The notes beneath the pieces are model-generated. The model did not search any database. It was not told the DNA's origin and saw only the letters and a program-made list of their open reading frames with translations. Of a stretch of DNA of 64,000 nucleotides, positions 27,000 through 39,110 are shown one piece after another. How positions within the stretch are numbered: position 1 is the first letter of the stretch; every line of letters begins with the position of its first letter. The translations under genes and the position numbers were made by a program. The DNA is from Mobula birostris (lineage: Eukaryota): the NCBI RefSeq assembly GCF_030028105.1, contig NC_092379.1, positions 45,618,150-45,682,149 of the forward strand, read 5' to 3'.

Positions 27000-27975
27000 T
27001 GCTTCATATAGTGGATAAGTCTGATCAGAGGGTAAAGCCTCAGAACACAAAGAACCCACGAACCTATATCTGCATACCTTGTCTCTATCTTGCCCCGCTT
27101 AGTTCATTCCTATCCCTAACAACAACTCTACCTTCCTACATCCGTGACACTTCACATGTTCTCCATCACTTCAGCAACTTTCGGTTTCATAATTGCCTTA
27201 TTTTCACCATGGACATCCTGTTCCTATCCACATCTATCCCTCACTGTGAAGAACTTATGAAGCTGCAGGTGACGGCCTGCTACCCTGGCATTCTTGATAC
27301 AAATTTGAATTCATTGCTCCCTCGACGATTGCAAACTATCCAGGCCCTGAGAAAGCAAACAGCCAGAGAAAGCAGGATCTCCCAGTAGCGCCAGGGAAAG
27401 CAGGATCTCCCAGTGGCCACACATTTCAATTCCACATCCCATTCCCATTCTGACATGTCTATCCACGGCCTCCTCTACTGTAAAGATGAGGCCACACTCA
27501 GGTTGGAGGAGCAACACCTTATATCCCGTCTGGGTAGCCTCCAACCTGATGGCATGAACATCGACTTCTCTAACTTCCGCTAATGCCCCACCTCCCCCTC
27601 GTACCCCACCCGTTATTTATTTTTATACACACATTCTTTCTCTCACTCTCCTTTTTCTCCCTCTGTCCCTCTGACTATACCCCTTGCCCATCCTCTGGTT
27701 CCCCCCCCCCCCTCCCCCTTGTCTTTCTTCCCGGACCGCCTGTTCCATGATCTCATATCTGCTTTGCCAATCACCTGTCCAACTCCTGGCTCCATCCCTC
27801 CCCCACCTGTTTTCTTCTATCATTTTGGATCTCCCCCTCCCCCTCCCACTTTCAAATCTCTCACTAACTCTTCCTTCAGTTAGTCCTGACGAACAGTCTC
27901 GCCTGAAACGTCGACTGTACCACTTCCTAGAGATGCTGCCTGGCCTGCTGCGTTCACCAGCAACTTTGATGTGCG
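27000..27975 (+). mobile_element. Penelope-like element 3' part
   Basis: ctcaggttggaggagcaacaccttata...ctccaacctgatggcatgaacatcgacttctc (EEQHL...QPDGMNIDFS) plus the typical UTR. Confidence 0.8.
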
Positions 27976-28680
27976 TTGCAAAAATCATGGTTCACAGTTT
28001 GGGTGAAGTTTTGGTGTTGGTGTGCAGTGCCCTTTTCTCTCCAAACATAGCGACATGCATTTCTGCCAAAAAGCTCAACTTTTGTCTCAGCTGTCCAAAG
28101 GGCTTTGTCCCTGAAGTGTTGTAGAACATCCAGGTGGGCGTTTTCAAACGTCAGACATACAGCAATGTGTTTTTTTTTGGACAGCAACTGTTTCCTTCGT
28201 GGTGTCCTTCCAAGAACACCTTTCTTGCTCAGTGTTTTCTGATAGTGGACACATGTGCAGAGACTTTAACAAGTTCTAGAGATTTCGGCAGGTCTTGTAC
28301 TGTTACCATTGGGTTATTTTTCACCTCCCTCAGCACTGCACGATGTGCTCTTGTTGTGATCTTTGCAGGATGCGCACTCCTAGGGAAAGTAGCAACAGCA
28401 CTTAGTTTCCTCCAATATCTCTTTCTGTGGAATGATGAACACTCTTGTCTTTAGAAAGGCTTTAGTTGCCTTTTCCATTTTCAAACATCTCCACAATTCT
28501 TCTTCAAAGATCCTCTGAAAGATGTTCTGATTGAGGCTTGGTGCCTCTTTCTTGAGACAGCAGACTCTGTCATAACATGAATCTGTGTGCCATTTTTTAT
28601 AGGGTAGGACACCTCTATAACCCACACCTCAAATCTCATCTCATAGATTGGAACACCTGACTCCAAATAGCTTTTTATGT
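27975..28680 (-). mobile_element. Tc1-like DNA transposon fragment (transposase)
   Basis: LSKKKHIAVCLTF...LWTAETKVELFGRN...VWREKGTAHQHQN (Tc1 WTDETKVELFG motif). Confidence 0.85.
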
Positions 28681-29290
28681 GCGACCCCAGACTATCTCGT
28701 CTATGACTATCTGTAGACGCCTGGGAAAACCATGGCACTTCCGTTCAGATGCTCTGAAGACTGCTTGGATACGGCCCAGTCCACTGACTCAAAGCAATCC
28801 CGTAGCCGTTCTTCTACTTCCCGGGACCAGCTCATTGTCGGCCGTACCTCTGAAGCCTTGTGCTTTCGCCTCTGCTTGTATGCACATTGGAAGAGAACAG
28901 CCAGATGATCAGATTTCGCAAAATGCGGAGTAGAGATCGAATGGTAGGCATTCCTAATCGTAGTCTGACAGTGGCCACGTGTGTTGAGACCTCTTGTACT
29001 TCAGGTGATATGGTGATGATAACTGGACAAAGATTTCTCCAAATAAGCCTAAATGAAGTACCCTACAATGATTTCCATGATGTTGTGGTGCACAGTTTCT
29101 TCCTTCTTCATCGTGGCACTCAATACCTCGAGTGCTTGCTTTTGTCAGCTTGTGAACTGCAGCCAGGCTCACTAAGGATACTCGCTCAGTACGTAGAACA
29201 TACGGCACATAATCATGGATGTTCCAGGTCAGGTGAACAAGATGTTCCAGGTACGTCCGAACACCGCAAGTAGCTTCTTCATGAAACACA
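28680..29290 (-). mobile_element. Rex1/Babar-type endonuclease-region fragment
   Basis: Across frames: IIVGYFI*AYLEKSLSSYHHHIT*STRGLNT, KSDHLAVL, SWSREVEERLRDCFESVDW. Confidence 0.7.
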
Positions 29291-29329
29291 GTGCTCCAGT
29301 TCTTGCCCTTTCTGACTCAGCATTTTGGT

Positions 29330-29930
29330 CCATCCGGTGTTTCAAAAAGCCCTCGGGCTAATCCACTACAATCAACTTCTCTGGAGTGAGCCATGTCCAC
29401 TGCAGCGGACAATGCAAAAATTCCTCACTTCCCTGGCGATGTACCTTCGTGGCGCAGGAGCAGGCATAAACAATAGACCTACAGGGAGAGTCAGCTTTGT
29501 GGATCTTGGGTAGGAAGTAGACATGTGAAGTGCGGGGTAAATAAACAATGAGTTTGTTGACAGTGTATTGGAAATCTTCAGAGTTGATGAGGTTGATGAT
29601 AGTATTGGAGATAATCTCTTGATTGTCCTGAGTGAGGTCCTTTTCAAGGGGCAAGTAAGGGGAGGTGCTGAGAGTTGTCAACAGGCCTCATCAAGGTTGA
29701 TCTAAGTCCGCCACACCACAACAGCACCCCTTTATCTGCGGGTTTGATGGTAAGGCTTGGATTGCTGGGGAGAGAGTGGATGGCAGTACGTTCAGAAGGT
29801 CTGAGGTTCGACGAGGAGAATGGAGTGCTGAATCTGAGCCGAATGATGTCTCGTCAATAATGAAAACATTCAGGATAGTCAGAAAACCAGAAGAGGGTGT
29901 CAAAGAAGAGGAGGACGGCTAGAGACTGTT
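29330..29930 (-). mobile_element. Penelope-like RT fragment
   Basis: YFLPKIHKADSPCRSIVYACSC (YxLPKIHK...RPIVS motif). Confidence 0.78.
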
Positions 29931-29999
29931 GAAGTGGTGATCATTGCGGGGTCGGGGTTCCTTGCCGACTAACTGGGGAGCCCACATTGTTGAGTCTCT

Positions 30000-30500
30000 C
30001 TGCTTCATTTGCAATCCGGAATTTCCCAGTGACCATCAATATTCATTTTTTATCCACATTCTCGTTCTGACTTGTCAGTCCATGGCCACCTCTTCTTCAT
30101 TGATGAGGACACTCTAAAATTGAAGGAGCATCAGCTCATATTCCATCTAGGTAGCTTCCAACCTGATGGCATGAGCATCGATTTCTCCAAATTCCGATAC
30201 TTCTGCTCCCCTTTCCCTCTTCTTCAATTCACCTCTCTTGCTTCTTAAGCCTCTCACCTCCCACTGGTGCCCCTCCTCCTTCCCGTTCTACTTTGATGCA
30301 ACTTCGTATCCTACTAGATTAAGCTTCTAACCTCATTGCTCTTCCTCTACCCACCGCTCACCTTCTAGCTTGTTTGCTTTCTTATTCTGGCATCCTCTCC
30401 TTCCTTTCCAGTCCCGATGAAGGGTCTCGGGCCGAAATGTTTCCATAGATGCTGCCTGGTCTGCTGAGTTCCTCCAGCATTTTGTCTGTGTGTTGCTCGG
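30000..30500 (+). mobile_element. Penelope-like 3' fragment
   Basis: LKLKEHQLIFHLGSFQPDGMSIDFS plus UTR ending cctgctgagttcctccagca. Confidence 0.75.
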
Positions 30501-30529
30501 GAGTGATGGCAGAAGTTAATTAGTTGCTA

Positions 30530-30900
30530 TGGGGATCCCCAAAAATACAAACGGGTAATGGGTTTCATTTTGACGGACAACCAGTAAAGTACTGGGCTTC
30601 CAGGAAAAGCACTTATTTGGCATATCAGGGACCATATTACCCCTAAGCATCAGACTGAGTAAGAGGATGAATGAACTTCCGAAACAGCAGATTAATTTAT
30701 GGATATCAAACCACACCTTACAGGGGTGGCTGACTGCACTACTCCAAGCCCTGTACAACCTGAATGAGAGGCCGTTTTCCAAAGGTCATCGATTACAAGA
30801 ATGTACTTTGGAACCGGAGGAAGAGGCGTGCACTGTGGAAGGATTTCCCAGGGGAAGGCAAGTACGGGTGTACATTCCAAATGATCTCGATTACAATGGG
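30530..30900 (+). mobile_element. Endogenous retrovirus-type integrase core relic
   Basis: Across frameshifts: IQTGNGFHFDGQPVKYWA...IWHI..PYYP*AS...RMNELPKQQI...GWLTALLQALYNLNERP. Confidence 0.55.
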
Positions 30901-33900
30901 GAGGCTGTTTCAGACGGAGATGGTAATGTTTGTCAGTACAATGGGCAGAACACCTCGTATTTAAACAAGAGGAAATCGAATGAGAGTGATTTAAGACAAA
31001 TAATAAACAAACGTTTTGCTTATTTTAGGGGAAATTAGGACGCTAAATGTAATCCGATCAACAACATGGACCATGCTCCAGTGAGAATGCGATCTGAATG
31101 CGTGGGAAAGACTCACGAAAGTCGTACCTCTACAGAAATTTTCCTCGCTTCAATGGGTTTAACCTCGACTGACTAAGCACACTATGGAATAAAACCGCAT
31201 GCTGTCAAAGCAAATGTGTGATCCCGATTTTAGGAATAGGTTTTGGAATTGTAGATCATTGTCCAGATAAACCCTTAATTTAGAATCCTTTCAAATCGGT
31301 CCATAGCTGTGATACTAGTCCTGCTTGTAGTGCAGTTTCTCTTAGCTTCCTGCCTGAAGGGAGATATTAGTCGATTGTAGCATCAAGTCCCAACTATACA
31401 GTATGATTTATTACCCATATGGAACTTTAATTATAATATTCCTGTTGAAATTAAGTTTGTACTTACTGTAGTTCAGTTTTTGCAATGTATTATTTTGCTT
31501 TTTGGTATAATATATCATGAAGTGAAGCATAAGAAAAGAATAAAATGTGATCCGTCTTCGATAAATGCCGAGATCTGTAACACAAAATGCAAGATTGTAC
31601 AACAAAATGGTGTCAGATTTGAATGTGGTGACAGTCGGGAGAGAGAGAGATTATTCTTTACATAATTCGAATAAAGTAATTTCTTAAATTATTGAAAATG
31701 CTTTTTTTTTGTTTTCTCATGCATCTTGCTGTTGAATAAGAAAGATAAAGGAGCGGATTTTAAATTATTTTCAGTAGACGAGGCTCTAAGAATATCCCTA
31801 TCTTCAATGATGGTGGGACATAATATGATTGTACACGATTGTGACATCGGTGAGCATGTTTAACCTTAAGTGCTGAACAATTGATTAATCTCCACTTCCT
31901 CCTGGTATCTCCACCTTCAGGAAAGACACTCTACAGCCTACTGGATTCAGTCCACACCATATCAAGAAAAGTCTGAAAGGACTGGATACAACAAACGTTA
32001 TTGCATTCACCTAAGCCCCAGCAATGGCCAGTTGGGCTTGCAGATTACCGAGAAGGCAATGCGTATCAACACACAGACCTAACGTGGGATAATAGGATTA
32101 ATTTGTATGGACAAAGAGTCAGATTGGATGTGGTAGACAAAAGGGCGTCATCTATGTGGTATGATTCTATGCCTCTCTGGCCTGAAGTAGCTGCGCCTCC
32201 AGCCAGGCTCGTCTGGTACACGCGCATCGTAATGGCAATTTGAAACAAATGCCCAAAGAAAGTCCCGTGTCTGAAAAGCAGAACAACTGCAATTCAACAA
32301 ATTATAAACCGCACAGCTCACTCTTAATCATTATTAAAATAACAGGTGTAATCAATTAAGAGTTGTGAAATGACACCTGATTATCAGCGTCCAGCTTGAG
32401 AGTTGCCAGCTTTTATGGTTTCCAGGCATCATCAAAACTGTGTTCTAAACCTTAGCTAAATGATTTATAAATAAAAATCATAATTTCTCTGGATGAATTT
32501 TGTGGCGGGGTGGTTATAGTACCAGATTGTTCAGCGTCCACATATTTGCCGGTGCTGTTTTCCTTTCGAATAAAAATTAATAACTCTTGAACCAAGTGCA
32601 AGCAAAGCATAGATATCGTTCATGCACATCATTCTGGACTCTATTTTTACATGTTGCGATTTATTGCATTCATAGAAATCTGGAATGAGTCAACATACTG
32701 TATGGCCAATCTGCCTTATTAGAAATCTATAGTGCTGTTTCAACTAGCACCCTCTCCCCTCGTCTGTACTGACGAACATTTAATTTCAAACTGTAGAATA
32801 ATTAAAAATAGTTGTTGAATATCTTGTCACTTGCCAGAATATAAGAACTCGCGGAGTAAATACAGTACTCCCACTGGTTTACTGTCATATATTTAACATT
32901 ATTGCCCGCTGGTCTTCAGCTTTTCAAAATTTCAAATATGATTCTTCAGTTTTTTTTTCTATCAAATAACCAAATAACATCGAATACGTCCATGAAATGT
33001 CTCGTTAATCTCCATTATCCTTGGAAGAAAAGTTCAGGCATCTCTTGGTTCCACCCCGACTATGAAAATTCTGGTGATCAAGCAACAAAATGCAAAGTCA
33101 AGTGCAGATCACTCAGTATCTCAGGAATGACTGAGCAGTCTTGAAGGGAACCACGTTTCCACGACATATGCTTATGTTCTCATTTAGCACTCCGTATCAC
33201 CGAAGGAATTAATATCCTTTCAGATCTGTTCTAGTTTGATTTGTAAGCTAAGGCCTAATCACTATACAGTAAAAATTTGATCAAAATTCAGGATTCATGA
33301 TTCAAGATTGCTTCATGTAATCCCCTGTATACAATGTATAGGAGAACGAAATAATTGTTATTTGGAATCCAATGCAGTAAAAAACACAACAAGGTGAAAT
33401 CGTAACACTGTAATAATAATAATGAGCGTGCTTGGTTATGCCCGTACCTCAGGTTTTACCGACTTGAGCTGAGAAAATATAGAACATAGAACATAGAATA
33501 GTATAGCGCAGTACAGGCCCTTCGGCCCACAATGTTGTGCCGACCCTCAAACCCTGCCTCCCATATAAGCCCCCACCTTAAATTCCTCCATATACCTGTC
33601 TAGTAGTCTCTTATAAATAGTGACAACATATTAAATTTAGGTATAGAAGATAGCGCTGTATACATGAAGTGACGCCAAGCGCAGGATTGTCTGAGTGTAA
33701 GATGACTGACAGGAAATTTTAAAGTAGTTGTGGTTGGGGGTGTGGACGGGTGGCTTGTGGGTGCATGTGTTGGTCGACCTTACTACTTCTGGAAACTAAC
33801 TGTTTTTGATTCTGGTGGTCCTCGTATAAATGCTACATATCGTCCTCCCTAATGGGAGAGGGGAAGACAATCCATGAACAGGGTGGGAAGATCTTTCATG

Positions 33901-35689
33901 ATTTTACTGGCCCTTTTATGACACCTCCCTGCATATATCTCTTTGATGGCGACTCGGGTGGAAACTGCACTCTGACGAAGAGGACGGCCCTATAATGGGT
34001 ATTCAAAACTGCCCAACGCATTACGGGCAAACCTGCATAATTTAAATTCGATGCATAAATTAAGAAAGTCTATTTATCTCCACATCACAGGAACAAATCC
34101 TGACAGATTAATGCATTCTTGCTGTTCCGCACCTCTAAAATCTGTCCACTAGGTTACTGACTTGTGTCATTACATCTGCAGAACTACAGCCTAATCTCAC
34201 AAGATGGTGTTGAAATTATTTGATTATTTTGCCATTCTTACTCACAAGGAAGTTAATGGTAATTTTACCCTTGTTATCACTGCCTTACACCTCTTGGTGT
34301 TTCCTGCTCCTATTCCGGTTTGCATAGCTCAGTCATATTCCGAATAGCTATTTTAGTTTCATTGCGGTTATGGAAATGCGTGCATGGCGTGGGTTCGCCC
34401 CTGATTTACATAATAATGTTTTTGCACCTGCAGAATCTTAGAATCTAGAATTTAGTCATACAGTGTTTCCCAGTTAGTAAAAATACTGAAGAGATTTAGT
34501 ACAATAATTAATTTACTTAAACTGTGCTTGGTCTGTAAATAGAAAGCAAGCATTGTTGGTATGTAATGCACGTAGGTCCCTGTGATTTGAAATAAAGTTT
34601 GCAAAAATGTTCATCTTAGATAATATGCTTTTATATTGCAGGAAACTAGTGCCCAGCTTCCTGAGTGGTAGCTGGCGGCCCGTAATTGAGCATTGGAGCC
34701 ATGCAGCCGCCTGTCCTTGCACATTAATACCTAGGGCCTAATACTAAAAGCATACTAGCTCTCTGGACGTTATGATGAATGCCTTATTTCAAAGTCATGT
34801 GTTGATCATCTGTGACTGTGATTGACGAGTCTTATCCTTAAAAAGGATTCATCCACACTTAAAACATTAGTCAATTTATCATCAAAGTCTATTGTACCCA
34901 TTTGCCAGGAAGAAATTCAGATCTGGTTTGTTTGGTAAAGGTATATACTAACTTCTCTCCAAGTATACCTGACATCATAGTCAGATAAATTATCACGAGA
35001 AACGTTTCTGACTGAAGGGCTTTCGGAAGGGTTGGAACACCCAAAATTTAGGCTGTGATCCTTCGTTCTCAATTGTATGAAAGATCTACAAGTTCACTAA
35101 CTTGAAACAAACACATATTGGAATATAGAATAACTGTGAGAATCATATCATTCTCTGTCAATGGCAAGATAACACACCTTGTTCTGGACCAATTGTTGAG
35201 GTTTTTTGAAAAAGATGCCATAATAACTTTCTGCGAAAATACCAGTTCCTTGTTTTAGTTCCTTTACAATTTGGAAGCTTTAAGCTATATATGCCCTCGG
35301 GGCAGACGCTAGGATTTAATTTTGCAACGAAAGTAATCAGAATCAAAATGGCTGTATAACTGTCAATAGTTAGCTTCTTGAAATTATACGGAGAGGATCG
35401 AAATTGAGGTTCTGAAAATATTTATTTATTTTGTAATTTGATGTAAATTCTGATGATTTGTTTTGCACGTTTTGCTTTTCAGAGTTAAACCACGATTTGT
35501 TCTATAAAATGGGTTACGTTCCTTTACAGAAAGTAGTGAAAAACGCAGATGAGTGGGGACATTAGAAACACGAACTATAATATCTTATATAATACTTATA
35601 AGTAAAAAAAAGACACCTCTGGAAGCTTTGCGCTCCTGCTTATGGAGCCTTCAGGCAAGGTGAAGTAGGCATTTAGTAAGAAAATGCAA

Positions 35690-36930
35690 CAAAAGTTACA
35701 GAAGGAACTCAGAAGTTCAGGTGGCATCTACGGCAGGAGGTGAACAGTAGATATTTCCTCCACCATTGATGCTGCTCTCACCCACATGTACTCCATTTCC
35801 TGGACATACGCGCTCACCCTATCTTTCCGCCACCTTGACAGGGTAATAATGCCTCTTTTCCTATCTGCCACCCCCGAGTCTTCGTATTCAGAACATCATT
35901 CTCTGCAACTTTAGCCATCTTCAACGGGACTCTACCACTAAACACAACTGTACTTTCCCCGGCCCTACTTCCACTTTCCATAGGGATCACTCCCTTCGTG
36001 ATTCCCTTGTGCGTTCATTCCTCCCCCCTCATCACCATCCTGGCACTTACACTGCAAACGGCAGAAGTGAAACACTTGGCCATTGAACTCCTCCATCACC
36101 TCCAATGAGGGCAATAAGCAGCCCTTCCAGTTGAGGGAACACCTCACCTGCAAATCGGTGTTTAATGTGTCCAATACTCTGGGCGTGGTCTCTTCTGCAC
36201 TGGTGAGATCTGACGTACAATATATTGAGGGGCCGCTTTGTGAGCCCTTCAGCTGCATCGCTAAAAGGGGAATTCCTGGGTGGCCAATCATTTCAATTCT
36301 GATCCCCATTTCTGTTCCAACATGTTGGTCATGGTCTGCTCTTCTACCATGATGAGGCCATTCTCATGTTGTAAGAGCAACACGTACTCCCTCTAGGTAG
36401 CTTCCAACCTAATGGCATGAACTTCAATGTTTGGAATTTCTGGTAATTCTGTCCTTCCCTCTTCCTTCTTCTTCAATTCCCCACTCTGGCCTCCTCCCTC
36501 TTTTCTCCAGCAACCTATTACCGCCATGGTGACCATCCTCCTTCCATTTCTCCCGTAATCCACTCTTCTCTCCCATCAACATTCTTCTGCTCCAGCTCTT
36601 TTCCTATTGTACGTATCACTTCCCATCTTCTCAGTCATCCCCACCCAGCTGCCTTCACCTTTTATTGTTCTCCTCCCCTCCCTCCAGCTTCATGTTCAGT
36701 ACCTTCCCTCTTCCTTTCCAGTCCTGGTGAATGATCTCAGCCTGAGATGTCAACTGTTCATTAATTTCCCTAGATGCCGCCTGACTTGCTGAGTTCCTCC
36801 AGTATTTTTTGTGTGCTGCAGTCGAAATTTCAGGCCGAGGCCCTTTATCAAGACTGAAAAGGAGGAGGGCAGAAGCCGCATGAAACAGTGTGGAGAGGGT
36901 AGAAGCACAAACAGGCGTGTGGCTGGTGAA
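35690..36930 (+). mobile_element. Penelope-like element fragments
   Basis: FQLREHLTCKS, QYIEGP, ctaggtagcttccaacctaatggcatgaac, terminal cctgacttgctgagttcctccag; short opposite-orientation UTR pieces at both edges. Confidence 0.7.
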
Positions 36931-37079
36931 CCCAGATGGGAGACGGAAAGGAAGTAACAGCGGGGAGGATGGGAGAGTGACAATGATGTGTTAAGATGGG
37001 ACACGATAGGTGGAAGCGCCATAGGATTGAAGGGGAAAGTATATGGTCGAAAAGAGCAATTTCTCTCCACTGTTACACA

Positions 37080-38083
37080 TACCTTTTGGCTATCGAGACA
37101 GCTTCGAATAGGTTCAAAATCTGTGTCAGTATTTGTGTCTTTTTCCATACCTGGTGCGTGCATCGTGGCAGCTTCGTTTCCTTTCGCTAGACTCCATACC
37201 TCTGGTGGCTTCGGTACTGGAAGACATTTTTCATACGGCACATGGCTGAAGGGAGATTGAAGTATTCAATAGATTTCCTATTATTAGCAGAGACACACTG
37301 GTCAGACAGAAGTAGTAGTCTGTCATATGATCGTTCTGCTCTCGCCATTTCATCGGGACAACGAATGCCAATGACTTCTGAGCGCCTCTGAGCCAAGCTC
37401 TTAAAAAGTACAGCGCGTGTTGCGCAACAAATGTGAGGAGCCAAGGCTCTGTCTTGATCACGAACTTTGCACCCAAAGTAGCCTATATGTCTTATTAACT
37501 AGCGGAGTCCTGCTCCGTCTTTGACATTTAAGTATACTTGCCACAAATACAACAGAAAATATCACGGCTGTTGCAACATTGACGAGACATCTTGCTATCA
37601 CAAATACTCCTGAAAATACAATTACTTTATCATAATGAGTACATACAATATGCTACGCGCTTAGAGCAAGCGTGTCAACGTGATGGCAAACCGATATACA
37701 AGTAAATGCAATGCATAGAATAGTGTGTGCGTGATGCTTTTATCGCTTTTCCAAAACAAGTCCTGCCGAGCAGCATCCGTCCTGCTGAGCTTATGGTCCG
37801 TGATGGGGATATTTCCCGGTGATTTGCATCATCAGCAGCGAAGCATCCATGAGATATGCTTAAAGGTATTCACGAAGCAATATCTTCGTTGTCCAGTGTA
37901 ACTTGGATGAGAATATCGGTGACTTGATTTGCAAACTTGTGGTTAACAGGAAAATTAGCATATAACGGAAAATAAAGACATTTATCCAAGTTCGTTCTCC
38001 AGATTTCCTGGGAAACTGAACATATCTCAAAATTGAATAGGTTGAATAATCTGAGACACGTGCGAAATAATACATTTTGAGTG
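37080..38083 (-). mobile_element. Chapaev3-like (CMC) DNA transposon, 5' end and N-terminal transposase fragment
   Basis: ATG at 37590: MSRQCCNSRDIFCCICGKYT...YFGCKVRDQDRALAPHICCAT...VVPMKWREQNDHMTDYYFCL...LPVPKPP...DTDFEP, read across frameshifts; possible CAC terminus at 38083. Confidence 0.72.
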
Positions 38084-38579
38084 CATAGTTGCCTGAAGGC
38101 TATGACAGGTAGCCAGCTTGTTGAAGAAAGTGTAGGACATGAAAGCTTTCCTCGGTCAGAAGACTAAACACGGGTGCTGGGTGCCATGTCACAACTGCAC
38201 AAGAGGTTTCATTAAATTTTGTCATTTTTGTGTTATCCAATTGCATCCTTTATAACTCCATTAATTTTTTTACTTAACAGTTTATGCAAGATTCAGCATT
38301 TGGCAATAACCAGAATCTGTCTATCATGTTCCAAATTTCCCACAACGTTTGGTCTATAAATCGGAGCTCTTCATTTTATCTTACTCAGTACATATATGCC
38401 CTGACTTCTCACTACTCCTTCGTTGAATTCTTCCGAACTTCAGGACCACATCTTCAGATCACTCCGATAAATTACAACTGTGCCTTGTAAAACTATCATG
38501 TCTGTCTAAGACAGAAACAGACAACATATTTTCTGCACACCAGCATGTAACTTAAGGCTCCGTTCGAGGGATTTCAATT

Positions 38580-39110
38580 CCACTCTGCTTGAAATTGGAA
38601 TCAGAATGTAAGTCAGTTTTATTATGAATAACATATAGTATGTCGTGAAATGTATTTCTTCACAACAAAGGTACAGTGCAAGACATAACGTTAACATAAA
38701 TTGCAATAAATAGGCACATAGAATTGGAATCGCAAAGTCGTACTTATAGGTTCAAGGACCGTTCCCAGAAATATGATAGCTGAAGGTGGGTGTTCAGGTT
38801 ATTTTACTTTATCCTCGGTGGCAATAATAAAGAGGGTACATCTCGGCTGGTGAGAGTGCTTAATAATGGATCCCTCCTTTTTGAGACACAGCCTTTTGCA
38901 ATGTTCATGATGGTGGTATGTTTACGTCTGTGAAGCAGATGACTAAGTCTTCCTTCAACCCTTTGCAACCTCTTTTGATACTACACTGGAACCTCTGCAC
39001 AAGGCGGTGAAATAACCATTCTGAATACTCTCCAGCGTACATCTGAAGAATTTTGCTAGTGCATTTGGTGATATCGCTAATCTTATCAAATTCCTAATTC
39101 GTGATTCCAT
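38580..39110 (-). mobile_element. Decayed Rex1/Babar-type 3' fragment
   Basis: Nucleotide similarity to the 2.9-3.5 kb and 56.2-57.0 kb copies. Confidence 0.5.

Noticed and set aside
31100-35600. Short ORFs and isolated splice-like sites in AT-rich unique sequence
   Set aside because: No recognisable protein motifs or consistent exon chain
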